A stretch of DNA of 64,000 bases from an uncultured virus (IMG/VR IMGVR_UViG_3300036940_000262) (taxonomy: Duplodnaviria; Heunggongvirae; Uroviricota; Caudoviricetes): IMG/VR virus record IMGVR_UViG_3300036940_000262. One strand, written 5' to 3'. Positions 20,368 to 30,481 of the stretch are shown here, in pieces (position 1 is the stretch's first letter; every line of letters starts with the position of its first letter). The translations under genes and the position numbers were made by a program. Below the pieces are notes generated by a model, which worked only from the letters and a program-made list of their open reading frames with translations, was not told the origin of the DNA and searched no databases.

Positions 20368-21321
20368 ATGGGAAATATGGGTGGATTAAGTAAAAGTTTT
20401 CCTGACTGTCCTTATCATTGTAGTAATGGGGAGCTTTTTGACAGAAAGGCTCATAAATTATATCCTTGTCCTTACTGTGAGGAGCAGAGGAAAAAGATTG
20501 CAAAAGGGGCAACAACAGATGTAGAGGTTATTGATGAAAAAACTGGTAGAAAGACAACAGTACAGCAGACGTTAGCTGAGATGTTGGGGGTAAAGAAAAC
20601 AATAAGCACTAAGTTTGTCTGGGAGGCTGTGATTCAAGATTTTGAGAAGAAGTACATTACTGAAGATTCATTAGACTTTTTAAAAAGCAATCTTGAGGAA
20701 GTTTACGATCATATTGTGATGGGGAGAGTTCCTGAAAAAAGTTATGTGTTTGGTTTAGGTTTTAAAGGAAATCCTGAATTTGTAGTTTACCCTCTATTGG
20801 CGAGAGCTTACATGGAAGGTTTAACGATATGTAAACCACTATCAACATTCGATATTCTTCATAGAACAGTCTGTGAGGATACTTTTGAAAAAGAAATGAC
20901 TGCGGATATTCTTTTTATCAGTTTACCTGATGATGGCAACCGAACGCATTTGAAAGTTGCAAGAACTATAATGACTGGTAGAGCAGGAAAACAGTTACCA
21001 ACATTTTTTATTACAACAGGTGAAGTTTCACTATATACTAGCCTATATTCACAGTATGGGTTTAGTTCTTTAAATAGTGCAACTGCAGTTTTTGTAAGAC
21101 AAAAACTAACTATTGACGATGAATCAGCTTATACAAAAGGTTCTTTACCGCCAGATTCATATAAACCAACTGAAAAAACTGTAATACCAAATGCAGTAAA
21201 ACGTTCAGAAACAGGTGCAGTTAAAAATTATTTAACAGTGGATAGTATAACTGAAAAGGAGATAAGACAATCAAGAAGGACATACAAAGCAAGCAGTATC
21301 TTCGATGATGGGTTAGAGTAG
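20368..21321 (+). CDS. Zn-finger plus degenerate AAA+ protein, DnaC/DnaI/IstB-like
   Basis: CPYHC..G...PCPYC; ADILFI and QLPTFFITT resemble DnaC/IstB strands, but Walker A and B are not intact. Confidence 0.5.
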   Translation: MGNMGGLSKSFPDCPYHCSNGELFDRKAHKLYPCPYCEEQRKKIAKGATTDVEVIDEKTGRKTTVQQTLAEMLGVKKTISTKFVWEAVIQDFEKKYITEDSLDFLKSNLEEVYDHIVMGRVPEKSYVFGLGFKGNPEFVVYPLLARAYMEGLTICKPLSTFDILHRTVCEDTFEKEMTADILFISLPDDGNRTHLKVARTIMTGRAGKQLPTFFITTGEVSLYTSLYSQYGFSSLNSATAVFVRQKLTIDDESAYTKGSLPPDSYKPTEKTVIPNAVKRSETGAVKNYLTVDSITEKEIRQSRRTYKASSIFDDGLE

Positions 21322-21349
21322 ACAGGTGTAGATCCTGTCTTTTTTATTT
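21320..21349 (+). terminator. Intrinsic terminator
   Basis: AGACAGG/CCTGTCT stem followed by a T tract. Confidence 0.75.
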
Positions 21350-21350
21350 C

Positions 21351-21386
21351 AACAAGGTAATATTTTCGAGTGAAAAATATTAAAAT
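21351..21386 (+). promoter_or_regulatory. Element-type promoter AACAAGGT-N22-TAAAAT
   Basis: Recurrent motif with fixed spacing, after a terminator and before the MTase genes. Confidence 0.7.
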
Positions 21387-21430
21387 GACTTGTAATTCAT
21401 AAAAAGTGAAAAAGGAGAAAAGATTCGCTT

Positions 21431-22273
21431 ATGGGGTATAAAACAGAACCTTTCCTAACATGGGCAGGTGGTAAAGGACAGTTATTAACAATACTAAAAG
21501 AAATGTTACCTGAAAATATTGGAAAGTTCTACGAGCCTTTCATCGGTAGCGGTGTGTTGCTACTAGATTTAAAACCTGAAAATGCTGTTATAAATGATAA
21601 CAATAAACAGCTTCTCAATGTATATAGACAGTTGAAAAAAGATGCGGAGTCTGTAATCAGAGAGGTGAATTTATTAGATTCGGTAACTTGTGATGAGGAA
21701 AGATATCTTGAGGTTAGATATGATTACAACGAAATGATAAGGGGTAGCATACTTGATGCAGAGTGTGCAGCCCACATGATTTGGATAAACAAGCATTGTT
21801 TCAGCGGGCTATACAGAGTTAATTCAGAGGGGTTGTTTAATGTAACATACAACAACAAAGCAATAGGTTCTTCTATTAATGCAGATAATCTTAGGAATAT
21901 TGGCATGTACTTAAAAAGTAACGATATAGATATACGGCAAGGGGACTTTGAGGATGCTTGTCATGATGCTGTGTCTGGAGATTTTATATACTTTGACTCA
22001 CCGTACTTTCCTTTAAATGAGACAGCTAACTTTACAGACTACACAAAAGAGGGTTTCTCTATGAAAGACCATGAGAGGCTGGCAAGGTTAGCGAAACAGC
22101 TAGACAGTAAAGGGGTAAAAGTGATGCTAAGTAATCACGATGTACCACTTATATATGAGTTGTATAAAGGTTTTAATATAGAAACAGTTGATGTTCAAAG
22201 GTTAATAAGTCGGGACACCTCTAAACGGTTATGTAAAGAGGTAATCATAACAAATTATTGGAAGTGGGGTTGA
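21431..22273 (+). CDS. Dam/D12-class N6-adenine DNA methyltransferase
   Basis: WAGGK, EPFIGSG, FSGLYRVN, motif IV DSPY, VMLSN, EVII. Confidence 0.92.
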   Translation: MGYKTEPFLTWAGGKGQLLTILKEMLPENIGKFYEPFIGSGVLLLDLKPENAVINDNNKQLLNVYRQLKKDAESVIREVNLLDSVTCDEERYLEVRYDYNEMIRGSILDAECAAHMIWINKHCFSGLYRVNSEGLFNVTYNNKAIGSSINADNLRNIGMYLKSNDIDIRQGDFEDACHDAVSGDFIYFDSPYFPLNETANFTDYTKEGFSMKDHERLARLAKQLDSKGVKVMLSNHDVPLIYELYKGFNIETVDVQRLISRDTSKRLCKEVIITNYWKWG

Positions 22274-22274
22274 A

Positions 22275-23030
22275 ATGCATTATTTCGGTGGAAAAGCAAA
22301 AATAAGTGAGGAGTTGAGTTCTTTCTTAAACAGCGAGTTAGAAGACGATCAACCTTTTGTAGATTTATTTTGTGGAAGTTGTAACATTATATCTAAGATA
22401 GATTCAAACAGGTTAAGAATAGCAAACGATAAACATAAGTATCTGATAGCAATGTGGAAGGGTTTACAGGATGGTTTTGAACCACCAAAAGATATATCTC
22501 TTGAACAATATCAAGAGATACGAGAAAATTTAGATGTAAACCCTGCGCTTAGTGGATTTGTTGGTTTTGGTTGCAGTTATGCAGGTAAGTGGTTTGACTC
22601 TTTTGCTAAGTCCGACGATGGGAGACCATACTCTCTAAATGCCTACAACTCTACAAAAAGAAAATTTGAGTCATTAAAAGATGTCCAATTTTACAATTAC
22701 GACTATCGAGAACTAGATATTCCAGAGGGTTCTCTTGTATATTGCGACATCCCGTACAGGGGTACAGGACAATATTGTAAAGAGGAGGTTGGAGTATTTG
22801 ATCATGACGACTTCTATAAATGGGTTGATGAGAACTGTCTTAAGTACAAAATCTATATCAGTGAGTATGTCCAAAATACTCCAAAGAATTACGATGTTGT
22901 GTGGATGAAAAGAAGTAAACAAGATATGAGGAACAGTTTAAACAAAAATAATGCTACTCAAGAGGTTTTGCTTGTTTGTAAAACTACTGAAACAGGCGAG
23001 TTATTGACTAGCGAGTTTTCTTGGATGTAA
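22275..23030 (+). CDS. Second D12-class N6-adenine DNA methyltransferase
   Basis: YFGGK, DLFCGS, IAND, motif IV DIPY, ISEY. Confidence 0.88.
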   Translation: MHYFGGKAKISEELSSFLNSELEDDQPFVDLFCGSCNIISKIDSNRLRIANDKHKYLIAMWKGLQDGFEPPKDISLEQYQEIRENLDVNPALSGFVGFGCSYAGKWFDSFAKSDDGRPYSLNAYNSTKRKFESLKDVQFYNYDYRELDIPEGSLVYCDIPYRGTGQYCKEEVGVFDHDDFYKWVDENCLKYKIYISEYVQNTPKNYDVVWMKRSKQDMRNSLNKNNATQEVLLVCKTTETGELLTSEFSWM

Positions 23031-23031
23031 T

Positions 23032-23058
23032 AAAAAGGCAGTCGATTCTGTCTTTTTT
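23032..23058 (+). terminator. Intrinsic terminator
   Basis: AAAAAGGCAG/CTGTCTTTTT stem with T tract. Confidence 0.65.
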
Positions 23059-23063
23059 GTTGC

Positions 23064-23100
23064 AACTAGGTATAAATAAGAGGTGAAAATATTGTATAAT
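23064..23100 (+). promoter_or_regulatory. Element-type promoter AACTAGGT-N23-TATAAT
   Basis: Recurrent motif upstream of the topoisomerase B gene. Confidence 0.65.
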
Positions 23101-23139
23101 GATTGTAGTTCATAAAGAAAAAATAAAAAGGAGCAATAT

Positions 23140-25197
23140 ATGTCAAATAAAAATGCGTACGATAATAATTCAATTGACCAGTTAGTTGGGGCGGCTAGAA
23201 TCAGAAACCAACCGCAGGTAATGTTAGGTTCAAAAGGATTAGAAGGAGCACAACATACATTCTTTGAAATTGTAGGTAATGCCACAGATGAGCATCTTTC
23301 GGGGTATGGGGATAGACTGGATATTTGTTTATATGATGATGGTGCGATATCTGTAAGAGATTATGGTCGAGGTGTACCTCTTGGTTGGAATGAAAAAAGA
23401 CAAGCATGGAACTACTTCCTTATCTATGAGGAGCTGTATGCTGGCGGTAAATACGATGCTGTTAAAGCAAAAGAGGTTTTGAAACAGTTTTGGGATAACG
23501 GAAACTGGGAAGACTTTAATATCAAAGACTATCCGTACATCATTTCTGTAGGTTTACATGGTCTTGGAGCAGCCGCAACTCAATGTTCATCAGAGTACTG
23601 CGAAGTTTCTTCTTACAGAGATGGTGTGAAAAGCACAATGAAATATGAGAAGGGTGCAAGTGTCTTAGAAGAACTGATTGTTGAAGACACTAACGAGGAG
23701 AACGGCACATTCGTTAAATGGAAACCTGATAAAGAGGTATTTACCGATGTAAACATAACAGCGAAATGGTTAGAGGGTGCAGTAAAGACACTATCAACTG
23801 TTTCGGGGTTCTCAGTTACTTTCAACAATAAAGGGGTAGAGAAAGAGTTCCCACACACTACTATTGAAGAACAACTTAAATCTGAATTGGGTGGTAGTGT
23901 AGTATTTAGCAGTAAGTTTTATCCTAGTCTTGTAAGTGAAGACGAGGTAGGAATCTGTTATGTAGATATTGCTTTGGGTGAAGGTAGTAGAAGTAACGAT
24001 TACTTTCACAATATGGTAAGAGTAAGAGGGGGGGTACATTCTTCTGCTTCAAACTTTGCTGAATCAGATTTCTTTAACAAAAGAGCAAAAGAGGAAGAAA
24101 TCAGATTAAAGGCTGTTGACTATTCAGGTCGGCTATCCTGTATTATTTCTACCTTATCTAACATTGTATCTTATCGTGGTCAAACAAAAGACAGCTTAGA
24201 CGACCATTATGTTTACAAGGCAATTGAAAAGACAATGACAGATATGTTAATAGAAGAATGGGATAAGCAATCTAAGTGGTTAGTAGACCTTGTAGACGAT
24301 GTTATGGCTCAGGCTAGAAATCGAATTGCAATTGAAGCCTTATCTAAAGACGTAAAAAGCGTTGAGAAAACTCTTAAAACATCTAAACCTTCTGAGAAAT
24401 TCAAGTCGTGTGATGCTTATGAAAAGAAGGATTACAACGAAGCTGAATTGTGGATATTTGAGGGAGATTCAGCCGGAACATCTGGTAAAAATGCAAGAGA
24501 TTCCAGATATCAATGTATCCTTCCAATCAGGGGTAAATCTCTAAACGTATTTAAAGCTACTATTCCAAAGATTTTAGCAAACACTGAGATTAAAGATATT
24601 GCAACAATCTTAGGGTGTGGCGTAGATTTAGGTTTAGATGAGGTTGAGTTTTTCGACATAAATAAATTAAAAGTTGGAAAAGTCATTATAGGGGCTGATG
24701 CGGATATTGATGGTATGCATATTCGTATGCTGGTATTTTTAATCTTCTACAAACTATTTCCTGAACTGCTTTACAATGGTTTAGTGTATGTAGCAGACAC
24801 ACCAAAGTTTGTAATCGTAACAAAAAATGATGAATCCATATACTGCTTAGATGACAATGAGGTAGATGAAAAGCGTCAAGAAATTGGTAGCGGAAACATT
24901 AAAGAGATTACACGATTTAAAGGTTTAGGTGAAATGAATCCAGATCAGCTTTGGTCTACAACAATGAATCCAGATAGCAGACAACTAACTCAAATCAAGA
25001 TTGACAAGAACGACCTTGACATCTACAATACATTGGAAGTGCTGTTTGGTAAGTCAACAGATAGAAGAAAGAAAGCAATCTTAGGTTCAATGATGGGTGC
25101 GACATTTGATGATGTTATGGAGAACATCTTTGATATGGTAGAATACATTGATACATTAGGGTTAAGTGACGTTGAGTATGAGGAAGTGGCAATGTAG
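23140..25197 (+). CDS. Type IIA topoisomerase subunit B (GyrB/ParE-like)
   Basis: EIVGNATDE, DYGRGVP, AGGK, GLHGLG, EGDSA, PIRGK, DADIDG and RFKGLGEM. Confidence 0.95.
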   Translation: MSNKNAYDNNSIDQLVGAARIRNQPQVMLGSKGLEGAQHTFFEIVGNATDEHLSGYGDRLDICLYDDGAISVRDYGRGVPLGWNEKRQAWNYFLIYEELYAGGKYDAVKAKEVLKQFWDNGNWEDFNIKDYPYIISVGLHGLGAAATQCSSEYCEVSSYRDGVKSTMKYEKGASVLEELIVEDTNEENGTFVKWKPDKEVFTDVNITAKWLEGAVKTLSTVSGFSVTFNNKGVEKEFPHTTIEEQLKSELGGSVVFSSKFYPSLVSEDEVGICYVDIALGEGSRSNDYFHNMVRVRGGVHSSASNFAESDFFNKRAKEEEIRLKAVDYSGRLSCIISTLSNIVSYRGQTKDSLDDHYVYKAIEKTMTDMLIEEWDKQSKWLVDLVDDVMAQARNRIAIEALSKDVKSVEKTLKTSKPSEKFKSCDAYEKKDYNEAELWIFEGDSAGTSGKNARDSRYQCILPIRGKSLNVFKATIPKILANTEIKDIATILGCGVDLGLDEVEFFDINKLKVGKVIIGADADIDGMHIRMLVFLIFYKLFPELLYNGLVYVADTPKFVIVTKNDESIYCLDDNEVDEKRQEIGSGNIKEITRFKGLGEMNPDQLWSTTMNPDSRQLTQIKIDKNDLDIYNTLEVLFGKSTDRRKKAILGSMMGATFDDVMENIFDMVEYIDTLGLSDVEYEEVAM

Positions 25198-25271
25198 TCT
25201 TTAGAGTGTGTGCCTGAAATAGTTCTTTCAATAAAAGGGGTAATTTGGATTTTTAATGAAAGGACTGGTGT

Positions 25272-25493
25272 ATGTGTATGGGTTATTTTGCTGAACTAAG
25301 CTGTAATGCCGACACCTCTATTGAGGTAGGCGATTTTGATGGTTGGGTAACGAGTGAGGGTGACTACGTTAGAATACCAAAAATGTCTAATGAGCATCTT
25401 CAAAACACGATAAAGGTTTTAGAGAGACGAAGACATAAGCCTTTTATCAAAATTGAGCGTATGCGAGAGGTTTTGCAGAGCAGGGGTTTATAG
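25272..25493 (+). CDS. Small phage-type hypothetical protein
   Basis: 73 aa, RBS AAGGA; W.T..G...I..M...HL.N pattern. Confidence 0.55.
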   Translation: MCMGYFAELSCNADTSIEVGDFDGWVTSEGDYVRIPKMSNEHLQNTIKVLERRRHKPFIKIERMREVLQSRGL

Positions 25494-25603
25494 ATTTTTA
25501 GAGCGTAGGCGGTCATTTAAAAGGTTTTTTAAGTTGACCGTCTTTCTACCTCTAAAAATAATAAAAATTAATTTAAAGGGGTAAATTCTAAGAAATTTTA
25601 GCA
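25491..25603 (-). repeat. Long imperfect palindrome, related in inverted orientation to 41865-41974
   Basis: ATTTTTAGAG (25494) / CTCTAAAAAT (25550) with inner GGCGGTCA/TGACCGTC arms. Confidence 0.55.
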
Positions 25604-25636
25604 TCGGGTAGTATGAGATTATAGAAAAGAGGTATT

Positions 25637-26470
25637 ATGAGCGGATATTATTGTAATATTTGGGAGAGTGAAAGAGAGTGTTTTGAAAATATCTACAACT
25701 ACCTGTGCAGAACAAATAAGTGGTTCAAAAACGAAGTAGATACGAACAAAGTGGCTAAGTTTTCATTAGAACCATTGAAAGGCAACAAATATAAACTTAC
25801 AAATATGTTTGTAGGTTCACACACTACAATAGATGAACCTGATAAAGATGGTGAAGATATACACATCCTATGGGGTAGACTACTTGACGAATTAAGAGGT
25901 ACTGTCAACAAAGTTATCTTTAATCATGCTGTACTGTATAAAGGTGTGTACGAGTACTTTGAAAGAAGCTACACCTTAAAAGAGTTTAATGACGATGCTT
26001 TTGAGTATCGAGGTGTTCTTGGTAGAATCTATGAACCTGTAGATGCTTCTGTCTACTCAACAATTCCTTTGTGGGAAATTTTTGAAAAAGCAGGTGCTAG
26101 TATATTCAAAGAACTAAAATCTTCTAAGTTAAACACTAAACTTCATAATAGTGACAAGTTCAAAAGGGAGTTTGAGTCTTTTAGGAGTGATGTAAGTGAG
26201 GTTGTTTGTGATAATTTAAACACACTTAAGAGTATGTCGAACTTATTTTATAGATTAGAAGACACAGAAGAAGGTAATATCTTAAAAGTGTCTAACAAGA
26301 TAAGTCCAATAAAAGACGATGATTTAGAGTTATTTATGCTTGATTTTATATTTAAACTGGGTGTACCTGTCCATTCATTTACGGTATACTTTAAGGAAAG
26401 TATGGAGAGTAGCAAGCTATATGCAAAACCTTCAAAAGTAAGAGGTGAGTACGATGTGGTTTGCAGATAA
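25637..26470 (+). CDS. Hypothetical protein
   Basis: 277-aa ORF with RBS GAGGT, between the two topoisomerase genes. Confidence 0.7.
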   Translation: MSGYYCNIWESERECFENIYNYLCRTNKWFKNEVDTNKVAKFSLEPLKGNKYKLTNMFVGSHTTIDEPDKDGEDIHILWGRLLDELRGTVNKVIFNHAVLYKGVYEYFERSYTLKEFNDDAFEYRGVLGRIYEPVDASVYSTIPLWEIFEKAGASIFKELKSSKLNTKLHNSDKFKREFESFRSDVSEVVCDNLNTLKSMSNLFYRLEDTEEGNILKVSNKISPIKDDDLELFMLDFIFKLGVPVHSFTVYFKESMESSKLYAKPSKVRGEYDVVCR

Positions 26471-26495
26471 AAGAAAGTAAGGGGTAGATTTTAAT

Positions 26496-28649
26496 ATGTC
26501 AGAGATTTATAACGGAGATTCACAGGGTTTTGATTTAATGTGTGATGGGTACATTGATTATGCGAAAGAGGTTATTTCACATAGAAGTGTACCAGACTTG
26601 AGGGACGGCTTAAAACCGATTGGTAGAAGATGTTTATATGCAACAAGCAAATTAAACAACAAGTCGTTTTCTAAGTCAGTAACAGTATTGGGTGAAATTT
26701 TAAAACTACATCCTCATGGGGATACATCAGTATATGGCTCATTATGTACAATTGTAGATAGTAATGGAACAATGAATCTGCCATTATTTGAAGGACAAGG
26801 TAATTTTGGTAGAGTTTACTCATCAGGTAGTCCAGCCGCACCGAGGTATACTAAAACAAAGTTAAACTCTTATTCAGAACTATATTTAAGAGATATTAAT
26901 GCTGTAGAAATGGTTGTATCGGAGGAAGGCGATGGTTTCGAACCTGTAGTATTACCAGTAAGATTTCCATCAGCATTAATAAACGGAACTTCTGGTATGG
27001 CGGTATCTGTAGCAACTGCAATACCATCATTCAATCTTAACGATGTTATTGAAATAACTCAAGACATCATTAAAACTGGTGAACCTTCAAGAAATATTGT
27101 ACCTGATTTTCCTACAGGTGGTATTCTTGTTTCGGATGAGTCTGAACTTGCTAAAATCATGTTGACAGGTAAGGGTCGATTAAAGATAAGAGCAAAGGTT
27201 GAGATTGAGGGTAAGGTTATTCTTGTAAAAGAAGTGCCTTTTGGTAAAACAGTTGAAAATATCATTAAAAACATTGATAAGGCTGAGATAAGCGGTATTC
27301 AATCTGCATTTGATGCATCTGGTTCAACATCAGATACTTTGCTTAAAATCACATGTAAAACACAAAAAGTTGTCGACCAAGTGTTGTTAGCTTTATACAA
27401 GCACAGAATTTTACAAACATCTTTTTCTTCAAACATGTTATTCATCAAGGATAAAGAACCACTCTACTTAGGGGTAAAAGATACAATTTTACATTGGTTG
27501 GATTGGAGAAGGTCTGTTGTAAAACTTAAATTTGAGAAGTTGATTGACTCCTTAAAAGAAGAGGAAGAACGGTTAGTTTACTTTACTCAGTTAGTAAGAA
27601 ATCTTGAGTGGCGAGATACTTATACTGATACAGTAGTTAAGAACGGTAAAAAAGCGGGTTCTACGTATCTAAAAGGAATTTTTCCGGATATTGATGATTC
27701 TAACTGTGAGTGGATTGCTGACAGAAATATTGCCTCATTCAACAAAGGAGAACGCTATGAGACTCGATTGGCAACTTTGTTGGAAACTAAATCAGAGTAT
27801 CAAAATGTTCTAAAAGATATTGATACGTATATCTTAAACGATTTAGAAGAGGTAAAGAATGAGTGTCGAGGGGTTTCTGCTAGAAGAACAGAGGTAACTT
27901 ATTACGATTATAAATTTACAACAAACAGAGAAAAAGAACCTGAAGATGATAGTTTCTGCGTGTACACTGTGTATAAAGACGGATTCTTAACAAAAACTCG
28001 TTCAGGTGACAATATTGATAATAAAGAGGTACTGACTGAAATTCATGCTCAAGCCAACTCAATTTTAATCGGATTTGACTGCTTTGGTAGAGTGTTAAGA
28101 GTTTATGGGACAGATATACCTTTCACACAAAAAGGTTCAAACGGAGTATACCTAAACAATTATTTTGAAGTGCCAGAGGATGAAGAAGACTACTCAATAC
28201 CTTATATGTCTTTATTGGATGGGACTAAGAAAATGATTGTATACAAAGACGGGTATGCTGGTTTCTTAGACACCTCTGAATGGTTAGATAAAACTAAGAA
28301 GTCTAAAACACTATTAAACGGTGTATGCAGACACGTATTCGATAAACTATTAGAAGTATATGAGGAAGATGAAATTCCAGAATATATGCTGTTTGTAGAT
28401 GATACTCAACCAAAAGGGGTAAAATTAGGTCTTGTTAAGTCTTCTGGAATCAAAGAAGTTGGTAGAATAACAAGAACAAGGATTTTGCCGGGGAGAGATA
28501 TTGAAACGAAGTATATTAAACCATTATCTTCTAAAGAAGCTTTCTACGGGGATTTAAACATTGCTGACTTATTAGATAAGTTCAAATATGTTGACTTAGA
28601 CAAAGTTGGACTAAGAAGAGCGGATGAAGGACGATACTTAGTAGATTAA
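26496..28649 (+). CDS. Type IIA topoisomerase subunit A (GyrA/ParC-like)
   Basis: RSVPDLRDGLKP, HPHGD, GQGNFG, catalytic AAPRYT, NGTSGMAV and PDFPTGG. Confidence 0.95.
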   Translation: MSEIYNGDSQGFDLMCDGYIDYAKEVISHRSVPDLRDGLKPIGRRCLYATSKLNNKSFSKSVTVLGEILKLHPHGDTSVYGSLCTIVDSNGTMNLPLFEGQGNFGRVYSSGSPAAPRYTKTKLNSYSELYLRDINAVEMVVSEEGDGFEPVVLPVRFPSALINGTSGMAVSVATAIPSFNLNDVIEITQDIIKTGEPSRNIVPDFPTGGILVSDESELAKIMLTGKGRLKIRAKVEIEGKVILVKEVPFGKTVENIIKNIDKAEISGIQSAFDASGSTSDTLLKITCKTQKVVDQVLLALYKHRILQTSFSSNMLFIKDKEPLYLGVKDTILHWLDWRRSVVKLKFEKLIDSLKEEEERLVYFTQLVRNLEWRDTYTDTVVKNGKKAGSTYLKGIFPDIDDSNCEWIADRNIASFNKGERYETRLATLLETKSEYQNVLKDIDTYILNDLEEVKNECRGVSARRTEVTYYDYKFTTNREKEPEDDSFCVYTVYKDGFLTKTRSGDNIDNKEVLTEIHAQANSILIGFDCFGRVLRVYGTDIPFTQKGSNGVYLNNYFEVPEDEEDYSIPYMSLLDGTKKMIVYKDGYAGFLDTSEWLDKTKKSKTLLNGVCRHVFDKLLEVYEEDEIPEYMLFVDDTQPKGVKLGLVKSSGIKEVGRITRTRILPGRDIETKYIKPLSSKEAFYGDLNIADLLDKFKYVDLDKVGLRRADEGRYLVD

Positions 28650-28658
28650 GAGGTACTT

Positions 28659-30362
28659 ATGAGTAATGTTGAAAAAAGAGGGGGATTATTCGGTGGGGTA
28701 ATTATTGAGGAGACAGAAAATGTTGGAACTGTCTCCGAACCCACTCAAGGTAGCCTATTTTCGGAGCTAAACAAAGAACCAGAACAAAAGACTTCTGAGC
28801 CTGAGAAAGTAACTCAGGAGTCAAAAACAGATATTCAAGAAGTAAAATCAGAAAAAGAAGCACCTGAGTCTGTTTCTCAGGACAGTTTACTAACACCAGA
28901 GGAGAAGTTAAGTTACTACGCTGACAGGTTGATATCATCTGTGTTAGGGAATAAAGAAATTACAAAGTTCGCAATTGAACGTCTATCTTCTACTGTACAT
29001 CCTACCGTATTCAGGGATGAAAACTACATAATTTATCATCTTATTTCTAAGAATTTAACTAGAGTTAAAAGCCTTTCATCGATTGATTATGAGTTTATTC
29101 AGTATGCTTTAGACTTTAATCGAGATTTTTTAGAAAAATCTACGGGGTATATCGATATTAATGCTTATGGGGAACTTGAAGGTTCAATGACATTAGGTTA
29201 TATTGCAGGGGTATTGAAGCATTATAATCGATTAATGACTTTGCAAGAGGTTAGTGAAACAGAATTTGACTCTTATTTGGACAAATACATGGTTGTATAT
29301 AAAGCAATCGAGGCAAACAGGATTTTAAGGAACAGTTCTTTAATACTGACAGATGGCTTAAAAGTAAAGGGTAAAAAACTGGTAGGTTTTGATGATTCAG
29401 TATCTTATGTTAAACATAGTTTGGCGGACTTAGAGGGTTTAATGGATAACAATAAAGGGACAGGGTTTTCGGATTGGGACGAGGTTTTCAAAGGGGAGTC
29501 GGCTAAAGCAAGAAAGCCTGAACTTATCGGGGATTTTGGTCAATTAACTGCTTTAAATGATGTTTATACAGGCATTTACAGTGGTACATTCTATCAGGTA
29601 GTAGCCCCACCAAAAGGGGGTAAATCTAAGTTTTGTGCCAGAGTGTGTCATAATATTGCGGTAGAATATGGTAATAATGTATCCGTATGGCCTTTTGAAG
29701 GGGGTAAAGAAGCGTGGTTGGCACAGATGAGAGCCATTCACTTCGACTACACCTATAACGAGGGTGTTGCGGGGCATGAGAAACGATTCGGGGTAGATCA
29801 AGATGCAATTTTGTTTGATAAATTCCCTGATCCTTCCTTAAAAGATTTGGAAAATGTTTCTGCTCTTGATTTGACTACTAATGGTGAATATGGTAATATT
29901 AACTTTATTGACCGTCCCTTCAATGTAGAGACTTTTATTCAAGATATTGATGTGTCTGTAAAGAAGAATAATAGTCGTGCCATTATCATTGACTATTTGC
30001 AGTTGATAAAGAGCGAAGGTAGGCTGTCAGAACGTGAGTGTGTGGCAAAGGCTTATCCACTCCTTTTAGATTACTGTAGAAAAAACAACATAACAGTCTT
30101 TACACCAGCCCAGTACAAGCAGGATGTAGTAGAAAAACTATCGTCATCTGATGATACATCTAATGTAGAGATGCGAGTATCTGGAGGTGTTTCGGCAGAA
30201 GTTATTCGAACACCGGATATTTCAATTGCATTATGGGCATCAACTGAGGACTTAAGAAATAATCGGATGAAGATTTTATCTTTACCATCTCGTTTTGGTA
30301 AGGCATTTCCTCAGATTGATGTTTACCACGATTTAGGGGTATGTTTATTCTCATCTTTATAA
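28659..30362 (+). CDS. DnaB-like (SF4) replicative helicase with extended N-terminus
   Basis: Walker A APPKGGKS, FE after the second strand, IIIDYLQL, PAQ and C-terminal SRFG. Confidence 0.85.
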   Translation: MSNVEKRGGLFGGVIIEETENVGTVSEPTQGSLFSELNKEPEQKTSEPEKVTQESKTDIQEVKSEKEAPESVSQDSLLTPEEKLSYYADRLISSVLGNKEITKFAIERLSSTVHPTVFRDENYIIYHLISKNLTRVKSLSSIDYEFIQYALDFNRDFLEKSTGYIDINAYGELEGSMTLGYIAGVLKHYNRLMTLQEVSETEFDSYLDKYMVVYKAIEANRILRNSSLILTDGLKVKGKKLVGFDDSVSYVKHSLADLEGLMDNNKGTGFSDWDEVFKGESAKARKPELIGDFGQLTALNDVYTGIYSGTFYQVVAPPKGGKSKFCARVCHNIAVEYGNNVSVWPFEGGKEAWLAQMRAIHFDYTYNEGVAGHEKRFGVDQDAILFDKFPDPSLKDLENVSALDLTTNGEYGNINFIDRPFNVETFIQDIDVSVKKNNSRAIIIDYLQLIKSEGRLSERECVAKAYPLLLDYCRKNNITVFTPAQYKQDVVEKLSSSDDTSNVEMRVSGGVSAEVIRTPDISIALWASTEDLRNNRMKILSLPSRFGKAFPQIDVYHDLGVCLFSSL

Positions 30363-30388
30363 ACTAAAATTGTTGTAATGCTTAACTA

Positions 30389-30425
30389 AAAGACCTATGC
30401 ATCAGTTTGTATAGGTCTTTCTTTT
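30389..30425 (+). terminator. Intrinsic terminator
   Basis: AAAGACCTATGCA/TGTATAGGTCTTT stem with T tract. Confidence 0.8.
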
Positions 30426-30481
30426 ATAGGTTAGATTTAAAGTGGTTCTTGTGTTTTGAAAAAAGAAAAAGAGGGGAAAGT

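Noticed and set aside
23140..30362. Host chromosomal gyrBA/dnaB region
   Set aside because: No dnaA-dnaN-recF or ribosomal context; the proteins are divergent and flanked by phage- or plasmid-type orphans.
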